A stretch of 64,000 bases of DNA from positions 41,017 through 105,016 of the forward strand of contig NW_004797683.1 of the NCBI RefSeq assembly GCF_000002075.1, in the 5' to 3' direction. The notes below the pieces were generated by a model. That model saw only the letters and a program-made list of their open reading frames with translations. It had not been told where the DNA came from and ran no database searches. The position numbers and the translations under genes are program-made. Every line of letters begins with the position of its first letter. The stretch's first letter is position 1. Positions 38,305-50,404 of this stretch are shown here, piece after piece. This stretch comes from Aplysia californica (Eukaryota).

Positions 38305-41300
38305 GGCGCGCGCGTGCGTGCGTACGTGTGGGTATTTTTAGTCAATACTGTAAAAATTCCGTAATAATATATATACATCGCCACTTTCTTCTACAAATAT
38401 TTCCTTTAGTTGCTACCTCCTTTCCAGACGCTGGTTAAAATCCCAAACAAAAGAAAAACCTCCCAGGAAAAATCTAACAAGAGTCCATCTAAATTCCCAC
38501 AGTCTTCTCAACTCACCTGCATGGCCTGGACATCTCCCTCCAGCTTCCTCTTCTGTCCCTGGATGGAACTGTTCTGGGCGGACAGTTCGTTCACGCGATC
38601 ATTGGCGTCGTTGAGCTCATTCTCAGCTCCCTTGCGGGCACGCTCGGCCTGGAGAAGACGCACAAAGAATTATGGCATTAATTATAGAATCAGTTTTAAA
38701 AATGGGAAATGTTGCTTTTCAAGAAAAAAATATAACGTCTTTTACTAAACGGTAGTGTAGAAAAAAATATAAAGAATATTTTATCTTCTGCAGGAATGAG
38801 AATCCTAGTTGGAATGAGGAAAAAAAGCTAACAAAAATAAACTCCCCCACCTTCGCTCAACCGCAAAAGTAGCACAGAATAGATTCCCATTTCACCACAG
38901 AAATAGTAGCGGAACTTTTATGAGGATGCAATAGCATTTGCTACTTTGGCATAAACAATAAAGAAAGTATAATGCAGTCATCTATCCAGCAAAGCAGGGA
39001 ATCGAACCATTAATATTTTCCCTGCAAATCCAACATCATACTGCCAGTATAGGCAACCCTCAGTAAAGGAATTTTGAAAAGTAAGGTACTGCAGTTTCGT
39101 AAACTCACCTGCTCAAGGGCACTTCTGAGCTCTTCAATCTCTCCGGTGAGGACAGTGCAGCGGCGCTCGGCCATGTTGTAGGACTCGCGGGCCTCTTCCC
39201 TCTGTCTAGCCTCATCCTCGATCTGAGACTGCATTTCCTGTTGGTGCATAGATCACAACGTTATAATGTTTGTTTCAGAAAAAGAGTCTTCATTTTTTTG
39301 GCCACTTTTTGGGGAGAGAGAGAGAGAGAGAGAGAGATCCGTAGAGACCAAGAGAGACCAACAGAGACCGAGAGATACCAATTTGAATGTTATGAACTGG
39401 GATTGCCCCTTCTTGTTTTGTATTCAAATATTGTAATCTGCTAAAATGTCATGTTCTGCAATCTTTGTTTTGTTGTAATCTTTGCAACGTTGTAATCTAA
39501 TATGGCAACCGTTTCAATTTCATGATTTTATATTACTGATATCTTTTATTGTATTATTACCTTTACCTTTCTGTTGTTTTTAGTGCGCTACTATTTTTTC
39601 CTTTGATATCTGCACTTAGGCAGTAATGTCCATCCATGACTTACCCTGATCGTCTGCTGGTATTTCTTGACGTTCTTCTCGAACTCAGCCTTGCCCCTGT
39701 TGGCGGCATCAAGAGCCACTTCGAGCTCGTTGATGTCCTGCTCAAGCTTCTTCTTGATGCGCAGAGCCTCGCCCTTGCCCTTGGTCTCGGCCTCAAGGCT
39801 AGCCTGCATGGAGTCCATGGCGCGCTGGTGGTTGCGGCTGAGGAAGGAATGGCATAAACTGGGTAAGTTATTGGGTTCCAATAATACATGGGAACGTTGA
39901 GGAGTTTTGTAGTTTAGTAAGTTAATAACTCTAAGCTCCCACCTCAGGAATCAATTTGGGATTAGTCACTGTTGTATATCTTCTTCTTCCTTGGTCTAAC
40001 CACTTGTAGTTTGTTTTGGGGGGGGGTTTAGGTCACTAACCACTTGAGGTTATGTTCTGTCATGTTAGTGCTTTTATTGTTTATAGAACACCGTAATAAT
40101 TGTATTCAGACAAAGTTTTAAAAAAGACTTACCGGGTGTTCTCGAACTCCTCTTCCTTATCCTGGATACGGCGGTCAATGTCGGAGCGCACAGAGGAGAT
40201 CTCCAGCTGGGCGCGCATGACCTTGGCCTCTTCCTGCTCAAGGGCAGACTCAGCCTCCTCCAGAGCAGCCTGCAGCTCCTCCTTCTCCATCTCCAGGCGC
40301 TTGCGGGCCTTCTCCAGCTCGTGGGTGCTGCGGCCGCCCTCGCCAAGTTGGTCGGTGAGGTTAGGAATATCATAAATGTTATGTTTGGAGGAAACATGTT
40401 TAGTGTTCGAAGCTAGGGATTCGTTTGTTGAACTAAGCTTTATATTTCATCCTGCGGTGGAAGGAACAAATACCTTTAGTGGTGAAAACTCAGAATCCTT
40501 CACGATTAAAATAAGAGAGGCACTTCGAATTGTATAAGTTAAATAAAATCATGAAGATACAAAAGCGAGTTCACAAAAGTCTAGAATTTACGAACAAGCT
40601 TCACTCCACAAATGCTTGACAGACACACGCTAACATGAACAACAAGTACTCACCAGCCAAGTTCTTGTTCTCACGGCGAAGAGCCTCAACACTGTCGTTG
40701 GCTTCCTCGACCTGGGCCTTGACCCTGAAGAGCTCGGCAGAGTAACCTCTGGCCTCCTTCTGGGCGTTCTCCAGCTCGCTCTGGAGGTCGTTGCACTTGG
40801 CTTGCCATTCGGCGATCGTCTTGTCGAAAGCGCGCTGTTTCTTCTCAAGGTTGTTCGCGTTGGCGTTGGACTATGGGGGAAAGAGGAAAATGTTTTTAAA
40901 AAACTAACTTTAAGTGTAAAAATTCGGCTAGTGAAAAAACAAACAAACGTTAGACTTATTAATTAAAGCATTTCTCATTAGGCAGTTTTAAGCTCATGGA
41001 ATCCAGTCCACAGTCCATGCAATAAATATTACCAACTGTCACGTAAAGTCATTTAGAGAACGTATAAATTTGCAGGATTCTTGTCCCATTCAATTCGGTA
41101 TAGGTACACAAGAAGCAAAACAACCAAGATTATATTTACAAATACACTAAATCCGACTAGTAAATCGTCTTGGTATGGTAAAAAGTCATGAGTCAAAAGT
41201 GTTAACGATAAAGATATAACGTAATAGTACGTACTCGCTCGACGTCAATCATGAGGTCCTCGAGCTCGCCTTGCAGTCTGCTCTTGGCCTTCTCCAGAGC

Positions 41301-41582
41301 CTGGACCTTCAGGTTGGAAGCCTCGGCGGCCTGCTCGGCGTCGTTGAGTTTGGCCTGCAGCTTGCGTCTGGGGGAGGGAAGGGAGGACACAGTGGGTTAG
41401 ACTTGGGTGGAAAAGAAATGAGAGAAACTAGGGGCTTTTGTGGAAGTTCAGGGGAATAATAGACAGTCATCTGTGACAAGGGGATGACTAAATTGAAGTG
41501 CGTTAGAGATGTTTGCAAGACTCTTAAGTACTCGTATTATCGAGGTTAATGTACTTTCTTTCCTGATTTTCTCCTGGAGAGT

Positions 41583-41640
<58 letters not shown>

Positions 41641-44600
41641 TAGACAGACAGACCGACAGACAGAACGAGGGGGTTAATGAAGAGACAAAAGGAGATCGAT
41701 AAATAGATGGATATTAGAGGGCACTACTTATGCACCAATAACTAATGAACCGTAAAGAAGTAACCAAAAACCTTCAAAACGTTTTTGAACAAGTTTCCCA
41801 CACGCTTACCTGGACTCCTCAAGCTCCTCAGCCCGGGCGGTTCCCTCGGACTCGAACTTGGAGCGCCACTGCTGCACCTCGCTGTTGGCCTTGCTGAGCT
41901 GCCTCTGCAGGTCGGAGCGTCCCTCCTGCTCTTCCTCCAGCTGCTCGCGGAGAGCATCCAGATCGGCAGTCAGGTTGCGCACCTCAGAGGCAAGCTTCTG
42001 GCGAGCCTGTAGATCATGGAAATAAATCATTGTCATGAGTCCGTAAGGAAATATACATGTATGTACCTGGTACAATTTTCACCCAAAAAAAAACCCTGAA
42101 TAAAAACAAACAAAAAAACTGAAACAAAACATCATACTTGAAACTGCAGGGGAGCTGGCCTACCAAAGAAAACTGCTTCTCTCCACGAAAATTAACGGCA
42201 ACAGGGGATAAAAGGGTAAAAGTAATAAAAAGTAAAAGTATCATCACAGCTGTTAGAACTCTTACTGATTCTAAAACTTAAAAAACCCACAACAATTAAA
42301 TTCATCGAAAATGAAAATTGTGGAGTCACTTACGCGGGTCTCATCCTCCAGAGACCTCTTAGCCTCCTCCAGCTGGCTGGCGAGGGAAGTCTTCTCCTTG
42401 GTGAGCTGTCCAACACGGTGCTCGGCCTCCTCCAACTGGCGGGTCAGGTCGGCGCTCTCCTGGCTGCCGCGGTTCTTCTGGCCCTGCAGATCCTGGATCT
42501 CGCGGGCAGCGGCGTCCAGCTTGGCGTTGAGCTCGGAGATCTGGGCCTCCACCTGCTTGGACATCTTCTCGGACATTCCCTGGAAGAGAACGCGACGTAC
42601 GGAGGCTTTAGAGGAGGGAAGTATAGGTGCCAAATACATACATACATACATATATATATATATATTTACCAAAGAGATATTTATCTAGACTTTTAGTCAG
42701 AACAACGTGCTGTTTACTTTACATCGCCCAGAACCTGCGTTTCTTTTATAGTCAGGTTTGAGTGCTCCATAAATGTGGTATATTATTTCCAGTGAGCAAA
42801 GGTACAAATATTTTCTAAACATTCAAGTTATCTATTATCCATTTAAACACCTTTTTAAAATCCTTAGATCGTCAAATGTGTAAAACCAATTGGAAGCAAC
42901 GATCCCTACATAATACTTGATAGTTTGCATTTTTTTTTTTACTGTTCTTACAAAACCCTGTTTAAAGTGTTTGAGAAAGTAAATCAACATCACCCAAGAA
43001 TAGAAACATAGGTAAAAATTGAACAAAGTACCCTATTTTTGCATGCATGCGATAACTCTTCGAGAAGGTCTTCCACCTCCAATTCCAGGTCGTGCCTCTC
43101 CATGTCTATTCTGGGACGATAGAAGCACAGGTAGACACCTGAAGACATCGTGTGGCATGCAGCTGCATCAAACCATGCTTTAGTAATAGTCATAATAACA
43201 AAAGGACGGTGTAAATCTGACGGGACGCTTTGGATAGAAAGGTTGTCACGTAAGTTGTCAATCTGCAAGCATGTTATGTTTGTACTCTTGAAAGACAAAA
43301 AATAATATTTACATAAAGTTTCCGTTGTCATGAGTTTTGCTTAAGGATTAGACTAAACAGAATGTTAGAATTCAACAGGGCCTGGGCACACACGAAGTTG
43401 TTGAACTGGAAGAAAAGAAGTAACGTAGTCTGGACGTTAAAATAGCATGCATTAAATACATTAAGACAGTGAATATCAATTTGGATTAGCCAGAAAAAAT
43501 ACATTCTTAGAATCTCGTTAACAAGATAAGAGAGGTGTTCTCCTGTTCCTTCATGCCGAGGAGAAGATTTAAGGAGCCAAGTCAGTACAAGCAAGAGGGA
43601 ATGGGTCTTTAAGTTCGGAATATTCGTCTTTATGTGTATTAGAGTATTTATTGAGTGTTCCGCATGCATTCCTCAAACTTTGCTTTGATATGATTTCCAA
43701 TTATTCTCATATCGAAACATGATAGTGAGCAGTCTTAGACATTGTTGAGAGACATGCAAGATTGGAATGTAACAATGTCCTTCACAGGATTCGGGACCTA
43801 CAAGGGCATGCTAAAGATATCATGGCTTTCACAGCATGCCAAGCTACCTTGTTCTTGGAGCTGTGCTCAAGCTGGGCCTGGAGGTCATCGACCTCTCCCT
43901 TGAGCTGGTTCTTCTCCTTGTCCAGTCTGAGGGACAGTGTGTAAACTTTGTAAGGCGAGTGTTCTATGGTGTATCAGAACAGTGGGTCTAACTAAGGTTT
44001 AATAATAATAAACAAATCAAATTCAAAAGTAAGATAGGTTCTAAATATGAACAAAATTTGAGTACTTCCACAGCTTTAACACCCCCCGCCCCTTTTTCTT
44101 ACCCAAAAACTCTGCAAGTACCAAACAGTGATAAAATCCCAAGCCTCATGTGTCTTGTATATCCACAGAACAATGGCCAAATACAAATATCTGATTCCCT
44201 TTGGGGTTAAAAAAAATAATCCCGAAACTTTACCTTCCACTGGGTAATGTTCCAAACTAAGACTAAACTTTCAAAAAAGTCTCCTAAACCCCAATGTTCA
44301 TTTCCTTGGCTGAGCTCATCCAGGCCTCATGACACCAGCTTCCCACAGAACAATGACCACCGCTCCAGACCTGACCCCGTGACCTACCTGCTCTTGACCT
44401 TCTGCAGCTGGTCGACCTGGTCGGCCATCTCGTTGGCGGCATCCTGGTGCTTCTTGCGCAGGGAGGAGATCTGGGCCTCGTGCTGCAGGGCAGACTCCTC
44501 GAGGTCACGGCGCAGCTTCAGGAGCTCCTGCTCACGCTTCTTGTTCAGCTCGACCTGAGCGGCGGTGGCGCCACCAGCCTCATCCAGGCGCTCGCCGAGA

Positions 44601-45087
44601 TCTTCCAACTCGCGGGACAGCTCGGTCCTCTGCTTCTCGACCTAGGAGTCAACATTTGAGTTTTGAGTAAAGAGAAGCACATCGACACAATCCCGGTCAT
44701 TTATTGCTCAACATTTGAGGGGGAGGGAGGAGATATTTAGTACTTTAATGTACGATAAGAGTATTTGATAAAATACATTTTGTGCATCGGAGTCAATATG
44801 AAGAAAGTGTAAAGTACTATAAAGGGCAGCATTATTAAATTATTGGCCTATAGATTCGACATTGAAAAGCAGATGTTAGAACATTGTGTGATTAGAAGTT
44901 TGATCCAATAACTGATTTGCTTCCCTTTCATTCTTATTTTTATTTATTCCTCTATTCGTGTATGCGTCTTTTCTGAATTTGTAATGGTTTAACCAGAGGG
45001 AATTTGGCTATTTTTAAGATTTGGGGGTGGGGGTGGGCGAGAGAAACGATCTATACAGAGTTTGGGAAAGAAATATAGAGAAAGAAG

Positions 45088-45129
<42 letters not shown>

Positions 45130-48100
45130 TAGAGAGAGAGGGAGAGGGAGAGAGTGTGAGAGAGAGAGAGAGGGGGGGGGAGAGGGAGAGGGAGAGGAGA
45201 AAGGACGAAAGAGAGAGAGGGAGAGAGGAAGGGATAGAAGGAAGGAGATAGATGNNNNNNNNNNNNNNNNNNNNNNNNNNNNNNNNNNNNNNNNNNNNNN
45301 NNNNNNNNNNNNNNNNNNNNNNNNNNNNNNNNNNNNNNNNNNNNNNNNNNNNNNNNNNNNNNNNNNNNNNNNNNNNNNNNNNNNNCAGGGAGAAAAATAA
45401 TTTTGGCAAGTAGATCTATAGACAGGCGTATAGTTAGGAAGGTAAACTATTTTTTAAGCGAACAAGGGCAAAAGGGAAATCAAATAAAGAAGACTCAGCA
45501 GAAAGAAGGGGTAGACAGGAGAGCGGCAATGGTTACGGTGGAAAAAGCAAAGCTGTTGAGAAAAAAAAACGCGATAAGCTCAGGTGGAGCAGAGACAGGG
45601 GCGCTGGAAGGTAGAGGGATTAAGGGTGGAAGGGGTGGAAGGGGTGGGGGGGGGGTTAACTTATGAAGAGAGTGACTCACCTTAGCTCTGGACTGGCGTT
45701 CGGCTTCAAGCTCCTCTTCCAGTTCCTCAATGCGGGCCTGCAATGCATGGGTTGTCATGGTTACTAGATGAAGCCAAGTGAATCAAAACTATGTAAAGAC
45801 AATATGAACCACACACAAGACAGAATAGTCTGCCTTGTTAAGTGAAAGCAGCGGCTGGCTTGCCTGCAAATAGAGCAATCTTGGAGTAAGCGATGAGCGA
45901 TTTCGGAAATCGGCTATAGATCCGATTTTCTGCGCCTTCTACGATGAAGAGATGAATGAGATTCCGAAGCAAAATTAATTAATCCAAAAGGAATGTGATG
46001 AGCTTCAAGCCGTAAACAGCCGATATTGCAGCACGGTATTAGGAATGTTTATGACGGTTTAAGGAATACAGCGCGTTAAAAAAAAGCACCGATAACAATA
46101 ATATTGTTCGTGAGCACTAATGAACAGTGGTCGGCAAGTCTTGTATAACACTGGCTAGCAAATAAAACTAAGCACTGGCGTGACGTGGTCCTTTATATAT
46201 GAAAGAAATTAAAAATATGTACAGCATTGATAATTGTTTAGTCACATAGGCAGAATGTGAATATTAATGTCTCTCTCCTTGATGAGCAACTTGAATTTGA
46301 GAATATATCGTCCAGTCTTTTGCTGATTTATAAATCCAAAGTGTAAAACTTCTTTCGAAAAATGATTCGTAACCGCTCCGAAAATTTCTGCTTTCGTTTA
46401 AACTCCAAGGTGAAATAAGATTCCGTGCTTGAGGCTGGTCTCGAAAGTTTCGGGATTTATTTCCTCTGAGCGAATCGTAGAAATAAAACACGGGTGCAAC
46501 GAGTCAGAGGCTATCATCAAAGTCCCAGGCAGTCGGACGCACCGACGTTTCCAGAGCAGAGAGCGCACGCGAATGAAAGCTGCAGTGAGCGTCGGAGGCC
46601 AACTTTTCTCAAATTATTTTGGCACCGGAGCATAGCAGTCTGATGACTCACCCCCTCTTCTCTTCAACTCATGTTTTCTTTACCTGGACGAGCGAAGTTT
46701 CTAGGACCAGCGAGTTTCAAAAGTTTTAAGATAAAAAAGCCGCCTACGTAGAAAGAATGGGATTGGGGGAGGGAGATTTGGCAAAGCGAGTGTTTCTTTT
46801 TTTAAATTATTTTTGGTCTGTCGGTTGTTTGTGGTATTTCTCTTGTTTTCTGGTTGTTTCTCTGAAATGTGAGTACCAGTCTCGGGAATGTGCTCAGGAG
46901 CACAAAACTCTCGTTGTTTTAGAGAACAAAAACGGTATTTTTCTTCGTTTACTCAGAATAGTATGGGGTTTTATAAGGATTGAGTCTCGTGAAATCGGAA
47001 TGGCTTCATATTAAGAGTGATCTTTCCCCTTGTTCATGCAAGGGATATTTACATTTGTCTCTTTCCTTTTGAATTCTAGCCTTTTGTGTTTATAAATCAC
47101 GAAATAAAACAACTTTTGCCTTTATCGATTAATTAGATCAGAAAGGTTTACACAAACATTATTCCAATTTATTGGCTCCTATTGGACGATTGTTTTGAGT
47201 AATGAGATTGAATATTTTAAATTACAAGCTAAAAGTTTTACAGAGCAGAACCCGTTTGAACAAAATAATTGATAGATAACATTCTCAATACTTTTGTTTT
47301 ACAAGACGGAAAAAGGGGGGAAGCGGGGGAGGAGGTGGGGGAAGGGTTGTTTGTGGTAAAGCATATTCGTGAATGTGCAGTATGGCCACGCTAAGGCAAC
47401 TCTAAGTGAGCGCAACCCTACCCTGCTTCTTTTCACCCAAATCTAACAGGATATCCCTGCACCTTTCGCCACGTACCCAGCAGGATGAGCCGGCTTATCG
47501 TGCTTCCTCCCACCCGCCTTATCTTTTCCTCTCACAATCAAGGGCGATAAGACAGGGGGTGTGCTCTTTTCCCCCTTGCTTCTCCAACTAACAGCAGCAG
47601 CTGTAAAGGTAGATGCTGCCTATCCTTTACTGGAGCTTCCCTNNNNNNNNNNNNNNNNNNNNNNNNNNNNNNNNNNNNNNNNNNNNNNNNNNNNNNNNNN
47701 NNNNNNNNNNNNNNNNNNNNNNNNNNNNNNNNNNNNNNNNNNNNNNNNNNNNNNNNNNNNNNNNNNNNNNNNNNNNNNNNNNNNNNNNNNNNNNNNNNNN
47801 NNNNNNNNNNNNNNNNNNNNNNNNNNNNNNNNNNNNNNNNNNNNNNNNNNNNNNNNNNNNNNNNNNNNNNNNNNNNNNNNNNNNNNNNNNNNNNNNNNNN
47901 NNNNNNNNNNNNNNNNNNNNNNNNNNCTCTCTCTCTCTCTACTCTACTCTTTCCACCCCCACCCCACTTTCCGTCTCTCTCTTATTCTCCACTCATCTGC
48001 ACCATCTTTCTCTCCCTAAAACTAGCTTTAACTATCTTTCTCCTACTCGAGTTTTCTCTTCGTTCCCCGAACGAAACCAGCCTCCCGTCGTGCTCTATTG

Positions 48101-50335
48101 AGACATCTCAGATTGCTTATGACGACCGCGTCTCTGGGACGCGTTATCGCTTTCTGCCAGATTGCTCTAAATGACTGCCAGAGGAGAGGAGAACGTTCAT
48201 CTTTCATCATACATAAACACATACGAGAAAAGAATTTCTACACTGTGCTCAACAAATAAAGAAATAACAAAATCTTAGATTTTCAGATAGAAATATAAAA
48301 TAAAATCACTTTTAAAGGAATGCGACAAACGTTACTATTAAATGGGAAACATGTGAAAATACACATCAATAGGAAACTGAATAGAGCTGTAGCAATGTTA
48401 AACTGGCATAAAGTAAAATGAAGTATCGTTCGTTCAAAGAAAATATACAGAAAACAAACAGAACACAAACAAACAACATTTCAGACAACAATGAAACAAA
48501 CACGTACTTCCAGCATAGCCTTCAATCCAGGCGCCACAACACCCAGGTCAGAGGTATCCCTGAGAATCTTCTTAGATCTAGCGCTTAAATGTGGGTTTCT
48601 AAGGGGCTCGTAGCCCGGACTGTACAGAAGTGGATGAGTCGCAATGTTCTCGATCACACTGGGACTCGTTCCGCGAAAGTCACGAGCAAGGCTAGCGATT
48701 CCTAGCCTGTCTCCGTACTCCCTCGGCTGAGAGTACGTGTGATAGCTCTTGGTTCTTGATGAAGAAGAGGACGACGAAGATGATTTGACTTTAGAGGATG
48801 AAGAAGACGACTGCTTTTTGGAGTTGGAAGAGGACGATGAGGATTTAGCGGGGGCTGGGGCAGGGGCAGGAGGATTACGTGGTCTGGTCTCCACGAAGTC
48901 CTCCTCTACCCTGACCACAGGTTTTGGAGGTTCAGGGGCAGGCTCGGATCTCTTCACTGTGATCTGTTCCTGGACGACCTCAACGGTCTCCGAGCTGCTG
49001 GGAGCAGGAGCTTCAGCAATGGGTACCTCTTCCTCTGTAGATGCCATTTTGTTTGTAGCTGCTTGAGATTCTATGCGAAAGTATCAGCGAAAATTGCGAA
49101 TGCCCAACGGTGATCAGCGATGATAGTAAGATGAACAAAGTCAAACAACAAATCTTATAAACCTTACCGGTTTCCGAATGTATGAATGAAAGCAATATAT
49201 AACAAGCGCGCAAAAGCTGCGAAGATATGTATACTTTGTAAACAAGAAGCTTGGCCTGCAAGCAGTAAAGAATGTAGAAGTCTAGAACCCGCAGACTTTG
49301 TAAAAGCAAGTGCACCAACACCAAGTCAAAAGCACAATAAAAGAATGCCCTTGTTGAAAAAGTCCAGTGAAATGTATATGTACACTGAACAATATATATC
49401 ACAACAACAGCGGGGCTTGGATGAGGAAACAAGATGGATGCCGAAGAAGTTGTGATAGAAGTCGTCCTCCTCCTACTACGTCCTCTTCCCAAGAACCTAA
49501 GAGCAGAAATGATGCTGTCTCTGAAGGCTCACGTGCATTTATATAAGCCTTGAAGCTTGGAGCCAATCACCACCCGGCCTCAACAATAGTCAGGTAGAAG
49601 AGAGTGAGAGTCGATGAGCACGTTTAGGGGAGGGAGAATAAGGGGGAGGGAGGGGGCTGGCGGTGACAGCTCACTGTAAGTTCCGGGGCAAGGGGTACGT
49701 TAAGGTAAAGGCATGCTCAAACTAGAGTTTGGCGCACTCACGTATAGACAACCGGTTGCTGTAGACCCAAATCTAAGCACGGAGTGGGGTGGGGGTGGGG
49801 GTAATCGACGGCGGTGGGGAGGAAAAACGGGTTGGTTTGAGGGATGTGGGGGAGGGGGGGGATCCAGCTAACGTCTAAGGTATGCGAACAACAAATGCAC
49901 TCCTCGCACGTTCTGTGGTCTGAGCCTCCTACTTTCCCTTGGTGTTCTCGTATTTTGTTTTGATTCCTATATTGTGACGTTGCCAGTTTCTTCCCTTCTT
50001 CAGGTGTGTGCTTCTTTTTTTCCAGACGCCAGCTAAGCCTAGTGTATGACTCGGCTCTGGAATATTTTCCTGCTCCTCACATTTCGTTTTCGAGATATTC
50101 AGCGTTTTCTTGAAACGCTAGCTAGTAGAATAATTTTTGAGAATTCAGCATCTTATTACCAATTACTTTTCTGCATTAAATGCTTCGTCTGATGAATTTG
50201 AGATTAGGCCGACATCTACTGAAACTGTATAATTAATAAGTCGGTAAGAATTTGCTTTGGTTTGTGTCCATTTATTCTGTGTGTTTGTATGTTATGTTTG
50301 TTTGCGTGTGTGTATGTGTGCGTGTATGCTTGTTT

Positions 50336-50404
<69 letters not shown>

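Noticed and set aside
48749-49066. Plus-strand acidic 105-aa ORF
   Set aside because: Antisense shadow of the Ser-rich catchin exon
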